From assembly GCF_016432865.1 (NCBI RefSeq), contig NC_067398.1, positions 376,960,001 through 377,024,000 of the forward strand: DNA of 64,000 nt, written 5' to 3'. Origin of the DNA: Antechinus flavipes (taxonomy: Eukaryota). Position 1 is the stretch's first letter; each line of letters opens with the position of its first letter. The notes beneath the pieces were generated by a model that worked only from the letters and a program-made list of their open reading frames with translations, was not told the DNA's origin and did no database searches. The translations under genes were made by a program, and so were the position numbers. Shown in pieces: positions 39,516 through 53,600 of this stretch.

Positions 39516-40754
39516 AAACCCACATAAAAATGTGTGTGTACCTCTATCTATCCACCTATCTTGAATGTATCTGGTTGTTTAGATTTTTGTCTATTTCTGC
39601 AAAAGAATGTGAGCTTCCTGAGGATGGTGTTTTTTCTTTTCTTTGCCTGGCACTTAGTGCGGTAACTAGCACATAGAAAGCTCTTAATAAATACTTGTTA
39701 ACTGAGTTACTGACAAGACAGGACTTAGTGTGATCAAGGGCTAACATCTGTGTGGCTTAGACTCAAAGTATGGGCTTTTAGGAAAGGAGATGCAAATGGC
39801 TAGAATAGCCTGGGAAGGCTTCCTGAAGGACTCATGGATATGAGCTAATTCTTGGAAGATGAACGGGACTTAGTTAAGGAGAAAGGAGGCAATGTGTGAT
39901 GATAAAAAATGATCCCAGAATTGGTTCAACGAGACCTGAGTTTGAATCTCTGAAACATTGCTCTTCCCTCGATGGCCTGGGACAAATGCTCTGGGTCTCT
40001 TTTTTCATCTGGAAAACAAAAGGGTTGAAGAAGGTCCCTTTTGGTACCTGTAATGTTGTGATCCTAAAAAAAAGAAGTACTTTTGCCTAAGGAGGGAGGA
40101 GACACAAAGCTACCAAGATGAAAACAAGCTTGATATCTGCTGGACAAATTTTAGGAAGCGACCCTGTGCTTCTGGCCTGGGTTCCCCTTTCTCTCCCTTG
40201 CCTTCCACCTCTGTTCCAACTCCCTCAGTAAAGGCCTTGACCACACTGGTATGCAAAGTGATTTTGCCCTGCCAGTATCCCCCAGGCCCCAGAGAGGTCA
40301 AAAGGGAGCCTGGGACTTCTCTGGGACTTGGGATCTTTTGGTGGGACAAGGAGGCCTGTGATTCCCTTTCCAATGACCTTGGCAGGGAGAAGAGGAGAGA
40401 ATCTCTGAGAGGAGGAGGGAGAAAGTAAATGGTAAAGGTAGCCTATAGCTTCTCCCGGTCTATGATGGGGGTAAGGGGAGGACAGGGGGCACTGAGTGGA
40501 CATGGGGAGAAGAGGTAGTGAAGGGGCTCCTGGCCTGTCTCAGCGAGTGGGGGGGAAGGGTTATGCATATGGATGTGGCTTTTCCCATCTCCTCCCCTCC
40601 TCATCTTCCCAACATCAAACAACTCCAGATACAGCACTGGCAGATCAAACAGCCCAGCCCAGCCTGCCCCACTGGCTGCTTTGGAAGGACTTGAGTGAAA
40701 GGCCTCATTTGCATCCTGTATGTGTGCCCAGAGAGATACTGCTTCCCCAGCACC

Positions 40755-40757
<3 letters not shown>

Positions 40758-40807
<50 letters not shown>
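40758..40807. repeat. (CA)n microsatellite
   Basis: Direct reading. Confidence 0.98.
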
Positions 40808-40810
<3 letters not shown>

Positions 40811-43800
40811 TCCAGGCAGCCCTTTGATCTGGTTTGATGTCTCTTTCAGTTCTTTTTTCCAAAAAGGCTTTTATCCTCTGAAGCCTCTAACTCTCTGGGT
40901 CTTGTCTCTGGTTCTCTCCATCCTATGCCCCCTCTTGTNNNNNNNNNNNNNNNNNNNNNNNNNNNNNNNNNNNNNNNNNNNNNNNNNNNNNNNNNNNNNN
41001 NNNNNNNNNNNNNNNNNNNNNNNNNNNNNNNNNNNNNNNNNNNNNNNNNNNNNNNNNNNNNNNNNNNNNNNNNNNNNNNNNNNNNNNNNNNNNNNNNNNN
41101 NNNNNNNNNNNNNNNNNNNNNNNNNNNNNNNNNNNNNNNNNNNNNNNNNNNNNNNNNNNNNNNNNNNNNNNNNNNNNNNNNNNNNNNNNNNNNNNNNNNN
41201 NNNNNNNNNNNNNNNNNNNNNNNNNNNNNNNNNNNNNNNNNNNNNNNNNNNNNNNNNNNNNNNNNNNNNNNNNNNNNNNNNNNNNNNNNNNNNNNNNNNN
41301 NNNNNNNNNNNNNNNNNNNNNNNNNNNNNNNNNNNNNNNNNNNNNNNNNNNNNGTCTATGCACCTCCCCTCTCGCCATTCATTTTCTTCCCAGCCATAGT
41401 GAGGACAGAGCAATTGCATTATTTTAATATTTTCATAAGATCCAATATCTCATTGATCCCTCTTCCCAGTGAAGATCACTATTTACTTAGACTATCTCAT
41501 TCTTGGTGATTCTTATCCTTGTCATTCCATGAATTCTTTTTTTTTTAAATTAAGCAAAGAGTTGTCTTATCCCTCCCCCAATTAAGAAAGTAAGAAAAAG
41601 AAAATCCCTGTTATAAATTACATTTAAGTTAAACTATAATTAATTCAAACAAATTTCTATGACCCCCCCAAAATATCTGACTGCTTCATAGATGTTGTAT
41701 TTGCCCCAAGTATTCCTCAGAGTCTGTAAAGTTGTTGAGAGAGAGAGAATCAACATAATTCTTTTTCTTCCTAATCTTATATTTTAAAGACAACATTCTA
41801 AGAAGGGATCCAATAAGCTTCATCAGACTGCCCAAACTTCCATGACTCACAGCAAAGATTAAGAATCCCTGCTCTATTCAATGCCCTAAAAACTCTCCAT
41901 TAAGTCTTTTACCACTGCTGGGTACATTTAGGCTATCCAATTGCTGTCCTTCTCTCTAGTTATGGAACATGTCCTTGATCATGACTTTTACCATTTCTTA
42001 TAAGGAAGTCATTGTTGATAATGTGCTGCAGACTACTTACCTTGTATCTTTCCATTGATCTTAAGATCACCTACCGTTCTGAGATTGTAATTTCAATGAC
42101 TCTCAGTCATATCTAGCAATACAGGGAGAACATTGCTGTGAAAAAAAGATCACCAACTTCCCTTGGTGACTAATATGCAAATAAATTGATTTCTTTGGAG
42201 CCTATAGAATTCAAGACTAAAGGCATTTCTGAAGCAAGATTTATGGGATTTATGAGATTCTTGGGATCATCCATCTTGGAACACCTGAGAAGACTTCCTG
42301 AAAGAGGAGGCTGGCTAATGTTTAGAATAATTATATAATGCAGTTTGGTCTAGGACATACTATGAACCAGAAACCAATCCATTCCTCAGCACTTAGGGAC
42401 ATCCCTTTGCATACCTTTCCTCCTTGGGGACATTAATCTCCTCTCTACCCTTAAAAAGCTATAACCCCTCCCACCTTTGTGCCTTGGCTCTTGTTATTTT
42501 TTTTCCTATCTGGCATGCCCTTCTACCTCCTTACTGCTAGATAAATCTCAGACATCCTTCAAGTTGCAGCCCATTTCCTACTGCCTCCATTAAACCCTCC
42601 CTGACCACTCCAAATCCCATTGATTCCTCCTTTCTCTGACCTACTGCAGCACTTAACCTGAGCTGTGCAATCTTGGATTTAATCAATCAGTCAGCTAGCA
42701 TTCATTATAAACTTATATACTAGGAACTGTGCTGATGCATGGCTGTGTCTTAATGTCACACTGTGTCTTTTCTCGTGTTGTTTTGTGTGTGTAAGGTTTG
42801 CCTCCCTAATTAGGCTGGGAGTACTCGCTTTCAGAAGGCACAAAGTGGATCTTCTTCTGGTTCTCCCAACATGAGTAGGAATGGGTCTAAAAACATAATG
42901 GATACTCAGCATAGGTTTGCTGGCTAACTCTTTATTGACTTCTCCTTTGTGCATAGGATTAGAGTAAAGACAATGGGCTACACTAGATTGCCTTTGAGGT
43001 CTCTAATTCCCTGGATTCCATTCTTTGAGGCCCCCTGCATGTGCTCACCTGAAGATGGCAAGCTAAGATCAGAATGGAAAATATGTATGAGCCCACATAT
43101 TAAGTCAGTTGATATAATGTATGTAAACAGTGCAATCTTCTTATTTCCTCCTTAATGCAAATGCTTGTATAAACCTACCATTAAAGCACATTGGCATGCC
43201 TCACACCTACCATCCTTGGTGCCAGAAAGTGGCTGCCTAGAAACTGTGACCCTCAAAGTCCTTTACATAGCCACTGGGCAACCTAGTCATCAGGAGCCAA
43301 CCAAATCGTGACTGGTGGCCCCAGTTCCTCCCATTGTCCCTCCTTCCTGCATTAATTCAACTAGGGAGGGTCAGAACAGGTCCAGGAGTGACTATGTGCA
43401 AGAACCTCAGGCTCTCTACTCCCTCCCCCAAGAAGACTCCCAGGGCAGTGACTCCTAGAAATTCCCCCTCTGTTACCAGCCATTCTCCTTCATTTGTGGT
43501 CCCCTAACCTCCCAGAGACACGAGGACTAACTTTCCACTATGATCAATAAGAAAAGCTAGTACCATGGAAAAGTAAAACATTCAGTCAATAATAATAGCA
43601 TGTATATTGTGTTATTACATAACATATGAATGAATAAAGAAGCATGTATTAACTTCTTGCTATTTATCAGGCAGTGTGCTCATTATAATAGTGGTAAGAA
43701 TTAGTAGACAGTAGATATACCCCTAGTCTGTGAAACAGGATGAGTTGGCTTTAATTCCCCTCCCAATTCCCTTTATCCCGGATACAGACTGACTAGATGA

Positions 43801-46800
43801 ACCTCAAAAGTCATTTGATATCTCTTGGTGTCCAGCAACTCTCAAAGATCATAGGCAGTCAAAGAGTTGATCTGCATTGGGAGAGAGTTTCTCCTTGGAA
43901 GCTTCTAATTGGATGAAATAATGAGTTTGGTTTAAAATAATGACGATGATAGCATTTCTATAGCACTTTTAAAATTTACACGTAGTGCTTTTCTCACATC
44001 TCCACCATGAGATAGATACAAGTACCATTTTTACAGTTGAGGAAATTGAAGCAAAGACATTATATGATTTTTGCATAGTCACACAGCTAAGTGTTGGAAG
44101 TAGGATTTGAATTTACATCTTCTGAGTGCCCAGCAGTTCTCTTTTTATTCTTGTTGCCTCCTTCTCCTATTCCCTGAGAGGAGAAATTTGACTTAGTAAG
44201 TAAAAGTTTTTGGTTCAGAAAGGGAACATCATTCTTTTTAGAAATCCCTAAATAAATATCTGCACAATATAAAGTATCTTTAAGACCTAAGCCAGCCCCA
44301 AGCACAGAAATCCATCTTCCTGGAGGCTGCTTGAGGGAGACTGGCCTTACAAGCAGAACAAGCTGACTTGTTGATGTGACATAGGGACATCCAGATGACC
44401 TTTTTCTGTTCCCAGTTCTTCCCCTAACTTCTTCACCTGCTAAGTGTTTCAATGGAAACTCATTTCTTTGAATCAAGACATTGAAGATCTCAGCTTAAAT
44501 GGAAATACTCCTAAGAAAAGTCACAACTAAAATCAGAGGTGCTTAATTAAATTACAATCCATGGATACCCAAAGTGATGTGTGGAACTAACTTGGATGTC
44601 AAAGAACTCTAACTGAAATTGAGCATTTTCCCCAAATATCTAAAAACATTATTCTGAGAAAGTGTTCATAGGTTTCATCAGATTGCCAAAAGGGTTCAAA
44701 ATATCAATTTTAAAAAACCTACCCTTAATACACTTCATCCCTTAAGTGATTAGCTGACACATTATCGGAGACAGAAGAAAGATATTTTAAATCCTTGCAT
44801 AATGCAGGCATGACCCCAAGGAGAACCACGATAGTGAGAGGCAGAGAGACATAATTCAAGGTGTACTGTACTTGCAATGAGAAGAGGAAGGTTTGAATTC
44901 CAGATCTCCCATTAACTGAATGTAAAATCTAGAGTAAATCACTGAGTCTCGATATCCTCATCTGTAAACGAGACTTAAAGATTCTTGCCCAACTTACCTA
45001 CCAGGAGTGTCAGAAAAGATCTTCATAAATATGAAAATACTATATGAATTAGGATAATTAATAATTCAAATACCAACAAAAGTATGATAAGGGGAGAGGA
45101 GTTCCTCCATAGGCTACATCTCAACAATGACAACCTAGATGGACTTTTCTGGTTCTTGAGATAGTGAGTTAAAAATCCTCCATCCTCCTTCTTCTGAGGG
45201 AAGAGCAGCTCCTTCACTGAGTCCTGGGATCTGACCCAGGAGAAAGAGGAACTACAAGCATGTTGGCTGGAGAGGAACAGATGCCCTTACTCACATAAGC
45301 ACAAAGTTTTTGTCCAAATGCTGAAGATTGTTTTTCCAAAATAAAAGTGGGAGGTAGATACAACACTTCAGATCACAAGCTCATAGGTTGTTAATTTTGC
45401 AAGAAACCCTAGAGATTTAGTCTTTCATTTTACAGATAGGAAAAGTGAGGTTCCGCACAGGGAAAGGACTTTGCTGAAGATTCTATGTGCTTGGGATTCT
45501 TGCCCTCGCAGAGGAACCTCCTTCATGCCAACAAATATTTCCCCAATCCCTTCTCATTCCTGCTTCTATAACTCTGTTGTTATTATACCCATCCAAAGCC
45601 TGCACATCCTGCAAGGCCACAGGTTCAGATACTATCTTCTTCAAGAAGGCTTTTCCAACTACCCCAGCTCATACAACCCCTTCTCTGTCCTCTGACTTTT
45701 GAGGTTAGTAGCTGATCTTACACCTTGCTCTATGATTCTCCCCTTGTTTCAGGTGGGGAGGTTTTGTGTCCTAACCAAACTGAGAACTTTCTTAGAGTAG
45801 GAACCATATACCTTTCCACTGTCTGCTCAAACATTTAGCTCAGAGCAGGGCTGAGAATTGGGGGCACATAAAGGGATAAGGATAAACTCATTTCTTAGTG
45901 AGGCAGTTGGGGGGGGAACTGGATCTGAATTCAAACCCTCCCTCGGGCATTTCTTAGTTGTATGAGTTCAGGTCACTTCACCTCCTTTAGGCCTCAATTT
46001 CCTCATGTGCTAAATAAGGAAAAAACATAGGATCTCATTAATAGAAATTATGAACTCAATGCTGGAGTACAGAAGGAAAATGAGGAGCCAAAGGAACCTG
46101 AGGCCTACAAACTGGCCTTGCAGGGATGTGCCCAGCTGGGATTGCTGGATTACCTTCTGTATCCCCCACTTCAGTCTCTGACTCTCTTCTCCTCTCCTCC
46201 NNNNNNNNNNNNNNNNNNNNNNNNNNNNNNNNNNNNNNNNNNNNNNNNNNNNNNNNNNNNNNNNNNNNNNNNNNNNNNNNNNNNNNNNNNNNNNNNNNNN
46301 NNNNNNNNNNNNNNNNNNNNNNNNNNNNNNNNNNNCTCCCTCCTCCTCCCTCTCTCTCTCTCCTGGACTCCTCCTCTTGTCTTTCCTTGTTTCCTTCTCT
46401 AGGTCTCCCCCGCCCCATTTTTTCCATCTCCTTCCTTTTTCATTAGGATACACTAGCCTAGGCTATATAGTGGCCTTGCTTGCTGCAATATTGTTATGGC
46501 TTGCAGGGATTTATGAGGATGCCTTGTCAATTCCTGCAGACTGCCCCATGCTGTGAGTTATGCAATAGGCCATTGCCTTAATTAAGACAAACGGCCTTTA
46601 CTAGATCTGTCCCAGGGAAAAATTACTCCCTGAGCTCCCTCTGTGTAGCCTAAGAATGACAAATGCCTACCCAGGCAGGTGTGATGCAGTCCTTGTCCCT
46701 GATTCACACAGGCTCCACCTCATCAAGCCGGGTCCCCTGCCCCAGCCCTCTCATCATAGAGGTCCTGGCTTCACCACTACGGTATAATAGACCGTACACA

Positions 46801-49800
46801 AGCTTAGAGTTAGGAGTTCTGACTTCAAAGTCTGCCTCTGATCCTTACTAGCTATGACAGAAGTAACCTCTCTGAATCTGATTTATCTGTAGAATGGGAC
46901 TAATAGCTACAGTACCTGCCTCACAGGATTGTTGTGAAACTCAAATGAGAGTATACAAGTAAATATTTTACACATTCTAAAGCACAATATAAACGTCAGT
47001 TATTATTGTCTGGAGTTAAAAGCCCCAGGCTAAAATTCTGCTTCTTCCCACAACCTTTTATCCCAGATTTCCCTACTAGGTGACTGTAGGTCAGTCATTT
47101 GCCTTCATGGAGAAGCCTAGACTAGGTGATCATAGGGTTTCCCTGCTATGCTAACATTTTAAGCGTCCTCAGTCCGACCTTAGTGAAGGTTGAAGAGATA
47201 GCCACATCCTCTGGTGTGATTTTTTTAAGGCTTTCAGAAAGCCTTTCCTCCTCCCTGAAAATTTCTTTTCCACTTACTTCTCAGTGCTGAAAATTCTTGT
47301 CATGAGACACAGCCCATGAGTCCCCAGTGAGAGATCAGACCAAAGTACAAACCTCGCTGGCTGAGCAAATGCAGTGACCTACATTCGTGCTTTTCTAGAC
47401 TGGACCTGTGACGTCTTTGCTGTAAGGAACTCCCAGTGAGGAAACTCCCCTACCTACCAATGCAGCTCAGCAATGATTCTTTAGCTTACAGCCCCAGGCA
47501 TAAAAAGGTCAAAAGACCTGCCAAGAATTGGAATAGCCAACACGAATCAGAAGTAATACTTTTTAACCCAGGCTCCCTAGTTCTGAGTGGGCTCGCTATT
47601 GATTTATAGGCATGCACAAAGTAGTCTACTGGACTTAAGATGTTCTTATAATCTACATTATACTGAGGTGTAAATGACTAATGTCAAAACATTTTCAGAG
47701 AGTAGGATGCATGATGTAAAAATAGAAGGTACCACAGAGAGATGAAGGGGTGTTGGGTCACTATTAGCAAATTTCACTTCAAAATATTGCTGTGGAGGTC
47801 TCCTTCAATCATATGGAGCCAATCACCTCTTCATTCTCCCCAGCCATCGAAGGAAGAAGATATTTCCATCATAGTAAAAGAAAGAATTTATAGTGGTTCT
47901 AGACTTTCAGAGCCTGTGTGTGCAAAGTTCAAAACACACACACACACACAAACACACACAGGTACTGATTTTTTCTCCACACCAAGATAAGTGTGCATAC
48001 TAATCAGGATTTTATTGCCTCTAAATTTGTCATTTTTTCCCATATACACACTTTCCTAATATCCCCAAACTCCTCATCATATGCTTGAGAGAACAGAAAT
48101 CTTTACTACTTAGTGCCCTCTAAGGAAAGGCAGATCTTCCAACAGTAAGAAAGGAGCAAGGCCAAAGATTGGAGCTGAACTTGCATCTGCTTTCCTCTCT
48201 CACTTTTTTTTTCTACTGAAGAAGAGATAGGAAGAGTCTAGTTACTTCTCAGTTATTTGTGCAAGTGAATGGGAATAGCAATACTCATAATTGCAAATAT
48301 TCTCAAAGAGAAGAAAATCCAAATGCTGGTTCCATTGGAGCTTTATAATGTCTGTCTTTCATTTCATTTCAATCAATGTTCTTAAATATTAGCCCTCAGG
48401 ATATCTTAAAAGACCTTTCCTAACAGGAGAAGTAAAAGCTCTCCAAAGGCAGACCTCAGGCTCCAGTTTTCCCTATTATTGCTGGCTTCCCTGGGCCCTA
48501 TGCTAAAGAAATGGAAACTCTCTTTCCCCTATGTTTCTATTTTGGAGTGCTTCTATCAGCTGGCACAACAGAAGCTCCTACAATTCCAGCGTGAGAAAAG
48601 ACTCAACTTCCAGCTCCATTCCATAATACAACAAAGGACCACAAAATAAGACAGTTTCCAGCTTGTCCAATTCAGAAATGCCATTTCAACTGTAACCTAA
48701 GTGGGATGACTGGGATGTTACCCAGAGTGCCAAAATTTAGAAGGTACTGATTATACTTGCAGTCCTTCAGCAATATAGAAAGTTTTCAGTGTCCTGGGGT
48801 ATAACTTTCTCCCCTACACATACCTTTAGAATGAACCCTCCTTAACTACTTCCCAACTTCACCTCCAAGCTGGCAGCTTCCCGCTATCCCTTACCTACCT
48901 TCACATACATACAAAGAAAAAAGAGGGGAAAATAAATTTATTAAGCTCAAACAATGTTCCAGACACTGTAAGAAGTGCTTTATAAATATAAAGTCATTTA
49001 ATCCTCACAACAACCCTAAGGACTAGGGGATGTTATGACCTTCATTTTATAATAGAGGAAACTAAAACAAAGGGAAATTCTGCAAATATATATCTGAGGC
49101 AGGATTTGAATTCAGTTCTTCCCAGCTCTAGGTTCAGCACTCTGTCTACTATATCAATAGCTGCCTCATAGTTCCTGTCCCTTGCCATGGAAGCAAAATT
49201 TTTTAGTTCCAGCTCTTCCCTGAAGGCTAGAAACCTCTATCCAAATCCTGAACCTACCCCAATCATCCATCATTTGTGGCCTTCTCTACAGAGACTCTCC
49301 CAAAAGTCCTAATTCTCTGTCCTGTTTCTCCAGATTATCAGCCATCCTTGACTATCTTCTGCTCCTCATGAAGTAGCCAATCACTGCTCCCTTAGCCTTA
49401 TTCCTATCTCAGGTTGAACTCCCATGGAAACATTTCCTGTCTCTCTAAATTTAGGGCTCTTCAGATCTCTAAATGCCGTTCCTTAAAAATTCCTCTAATC
49501 ACTCCCAGTTATCCTCCTGGATACCTGGATTTTCCCTGCTCTCAGTTTCCCCTTTGTTCCTAAGGGCTCTTGCTCTTTCTTCTCCTCCTAGGATCTTACC
49601 CCTGCCTCCCCCTCTCCCTGAAAGCACAGCAGCTGGAGGGGAGAGAACAGTAAAAGTCTATTGCAGCTATAAAAGGCATTAACCATCTGAGCACTCGTCC
49701 CCATCAGGCGGAGCAGCCCATTCATACTTAAACAGGAAATATTGTTTAATGCCGATGGTAATGAGCGAATCAAATTTTGAAAATTAAACCCGAAATTGAG

Positions 49801-50880
49801 CATTAGAGCTGGGGCGCCAGCATTTGGCAAAGCAAATGGCATTGCTGCTGCCCACCCACAGCTCCCCACCCTCCTTCCCAGCCTCGGGTCTTGTCTAGGA
49901 CCACAGTCCAGCCAGACAGATGCTCCTTAAATGCTGTGGTGTGAAAGGCCATGGAAGGCTTCCAGACAAAAACATTCTTGCCTATACCAAACCTGCCATG
50001 ATGCCTGAAATTCCACCATTACTATCTCCTTTCTTTGGGTCAACCTACAGGTAATTCCTTCTAGGAAGGGCAGTATATTAACTTGGTCCTTCTTTGTGAA
50101 TGAATTAATTCAACAGATTTCCTCTCTGACAAGAAAGGTACCTGTAAAGAAAGAAGATGAGAAACTTTGGAAGACCTGAGGGAAAAAAATGTATAAAAAG
50201 GAGGGGAGGGAATGCACAGGGGCAAAGGTGCCAAAGATATACTTCAACTAATCCTCAATTTCCTTTTTCTGTAAAATGGGTCCTTTCATCAGGCAGTCAG
50301 AGCCAGTCACCCAATTTAACCCAAACTTCTTAATTAGACAGAAAAATATTATCAGAGTTGAATGGACCTCAGAGGTCATATATCAACTCAAACCTGTTCT
50401 ACATCAATAAGCCTTTCAAAAATACCCCTGACAAATGGTTATACAGCTTCTACCTAAAAACCTCCAATCAGGGGAATGGAGGTCATTACACTTTTGGACA
50501 GCTCAAAGTGTTTGGAAGTTTTCCTTGTTTTCCTCTTTCAAAGTGTTTGTACGTTGGCACATAATCAATAGTGATTCTGAAAAGATGGTAGCCATCCAGC
50601 TGCCACTAACAAGGAAAACACTCTTAAAAAGAAAAACTTATGTGATTATTAATAATCATCATAATAAATAATATTTTACATATATACAGCACTTTATATA
50701 TGCTTTCTGTATACTTTCATATCTATTATCTAATCTCACAAAACTTCTTCTGAGATGAGTAGCACAGATATTCATTTTGTAAATGACAAAGCTGAGACCT
50801 AGAGGCTAAGTAACTTGCCCCCCAAAACACAGAAAGTCAGAAGCAACTACTATGATAGAACTCAGATCTCTCAACGACAA

Positions 50881-50958
50881 CAACTACTACTACCATCATC
50901 TACTACTACTACTACTACTACTATTACCCATCACTAATACTAGTACCAGCTACTACTA
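50881..50958. repeat. Imperfect (CTA)n trinucleotide repeat
   Basis: Direct reading. Confidence 0.9.
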
Positions 50959-51109
50959 CTTGCTAGCATTGATATTATACTTTTTAAGATTCAAAGTAAT
51001 CTATAATCTAATCCATATATTTAAATATGAATTGACTCTTCAAACCAGACATTGAAATGAATAAGGGTGTAACTGATTAAATCTGAGTGCCATTAAACTT
51101 CATTTAAAC

Positions 51110-51930
51110 ATACCTAAAAGTTATCTTGGATCTCTCTACAGCTTTTGGCCCTACCATCCCTACCCTATCTCCTGCTTCCATCTATGCTTGATCTTTGTTC
51201 TTTTCTCAGCTTCTCTTACCTCACTGACTGATCTTCCATTTCCTTTGCTGGATGTTTCTACCATACATTAAAGTGGGGTATTGCCCTAAAACTCTGTCTT
51301 GAATCTTCTTTTCTTGTTCTACATTTTTCTCTCGATAATCATAGAACCTTGAATGGGTTCATTTATCATGTTTCTGCAGATGACTGATTATATAAAATCT
51401 CAAGGTCCAATGTAATATTGTCATTGGACATCTCAACCTGTACATCCTAATGACATCTCAAATTCAACCTGTCCAAAATGGAACTTACTATATTTTCCCC
51501 AAATGAAATGTCATCCAACCTTCCCTATTTCTATTGATGACATCCTTCTAATCACCCACATATCCAACTTAAAAAGTCCTTTTTAACTTCTCCCTAATTT
51601 TGTCATGATTTTATCTGTCTTCCTTCTTCCATTCATGTAGGCAACCTCCCAAACTTGGAACATACTTTCTCCTTATATTTACCCATTCACAGTTTCTCCT
51701 ATGAAGGCCTAGGTCAGATATTACCTGCTACAGAAAGTGCTCCCTGATACTCTGCTTTCCCAAACTTCTTAGGGGAGTTTGTCCTTGTTATATTTTACTT
51801 TGGTGTAGGACACTCATGAATATATCTTAATCTCCTATTATATCATAAGGTCCTTGAAGTCAGGGTCTGTGCTTTTTTTGTTTATTTTTCTGCCTCTGGG
51901 ACCTAGCATGGCAGTCACTTGAAATATTTT
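51110..51930 (+). mobile_element. L2 LINE fragment
   Basis: ttcatttatcatgtttctgcagatgac (YADD region), catctcaaattcaacctgtccaaaatggaact, and an L2-like 3' end. Confidence 0.75.
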
Positions 51931-52013
51931 ATTGAATTGAACTCAACTCTTATTTTGCTTACCTTTACAACATATATTACAGAGACACAAGTAAGGATGA
52001 AAATCACCCTACT

Positions 52014-52281
52014 CCATGTAAACCTGATACATTTATCAGGTGAGAACACATCTTAACTGTTTCACTATTAAGAAAGAGCTGCCTGGAGAGAAGCCTGGGA
52101 GAAGCATCAGGGAACCTTGGCCTGGCTTCCAACTAGCTGGATGCATTTTAGACAGGTAACATAGGGTGTAACAAAATTACTCAACTAATCCATACACAAT
52201 TTCTGTTTCACTTAGTGTCACATTCAGACCTAGTGAACAATAGAGATATTCACACCTGATAAATGTATCTGTTATACTTGG
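52014..52281. mobile_element. Unclassified MITE-like element with about 50-bp imperfect inverted termini
   Basis: Perfect 17-bp inverted core GATACATTTATCAGGTG (52026-52042) and CACCTGATAAATGTATC (52253-52269); the pairing extends imperfectly to ttcacta/tagtgaa. Confidence 0.7.
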
Positions 52282-52555
52282 TGGGGGAAGTGAAGAGGAA
52301 TGATTTTGGCTCTGCCTTTATACTATCACAGACATCCCATTGGAGGAACAGCTGTATTTTCTCTGGGTCTTTAGATTAGTAGACCCCTAATATTTCCCTC
52401 AATAGATTCCTGACACTGTAAAGGCAATCCAAATGGAGTTTCTAACTCACCCTTCACTTGGACAAGCAGGTTAACTTAAAGAAGAAAAAACTCAGAAAAA
52501 CTTCATAGATTCTTAGGCCTCTCAAAAGATTAAACATTTAGGGTTGTTTATTTGA

Positions 52556-53378
52556 AATTTTTTAGGCCAACAGGCAAAGCTCATCCTATAAATCTGTATT
52601 ATATGAAGATTTTGGACAAGTTGTTTGAACTCATGTCATCACAAGACAAGCATTCCACATTGTCTTAAAAATAAAAAAGAAAAATACAAACATTTATGAG
52701 CTCGAAGAGTATGATTAAATAAACTTCTAGGCACTAGTATTTTAGAGATCCAAGAATCCAAACTTCTCTTTTCAACCTAAAAATAAATTCTTATAATGAA
52801 TTCAGTAATACAATAGATATTAATACTTGAATATCTCAACAATTAAAAAAACCACTTACAAACATACAATGGCAGTCTAAAACAAAAAGGAAAATAGCTT
52901 GAAAACAAAGGTATTTGATAACTAAAGTCTCAGGTAAAGAATTTCTCTAGTGGGTCCCCAGAAATGCAAAGGGCCCAAAGCTTCTCCCAAATGAGTCCAG
53001 TTTCACATTGATAGCACATATAGGCTCTGGTATTCCATACTAAAGGAGCACCTTACTGCCATTGGTGAGTTAAAGTCACCAAGTCCAAAAAAAAAAAAAA
53101 AAACTCTCTCAGGATACTAAACGATCAAATGTGAGTTTTAGAATTTTTTAGGCCAAGAGGCAAAGCTTATCCTATAAACCTCTAGTCCATAAAGATCTCA
53201 GACAAGCTGTTTGGATTTGTGTCACCATAAGATAAGCATTCCATGTCCTCTTAAAAGCAAAAAAGAAAAATATGAACATTTATGATATATAAAAATGTAC
53301 TGTAGACAAACTTCTAGGCACTAGTATTTTAGGGATGCAAGAATCCAAGTTGCTCATATCAATCCAAATATAAATTCT
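52556..53378. repeat. Diverged direct duplication of about 235 bp, offset 586 bp
   Basis: aattttttaggccaa.aggcaaagct.atcctataaa...aaacttctaggcactagtattttag.gat.caagaatccaa at 52556-52791 and 53142-53378. Confidence 0.9.
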
Positions 53379-53600
53379 CAGCCACTGTCACTGATCTTTG
53401 AAAAAGTGTGGGAAGTGGAAGATAGACCATAGCATTGGATAGTCCAGATTTCAAAGAGCAAAAGAATAGAGCCTGAAAACTTGAAGCCAGTGAACCTGAC
53501 TTCTATTTATGATAAGATTCCTGACTAAATTTTTAAAGGTTAGTTAATGAACATCTAGAAAAGGAAGGGAGTGATTAAGAAGACTCAGCACAGCATTGAT
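53370..53600 (+). mobile_element. L3/CR1 fragment
   Basis: gccactgtcactgatctttgaaaaag...gaagccagtgaacctgacttct resembles the CR1 EPLSVIFEKS...YRPVSLTS region. Confidence 0.7.

Noticed and set aside
40695-41509. Longest ORFs (up to 234 aa) and similar ones spanning other gaps
   Set aside because: Artefacts of N runs translated as X.
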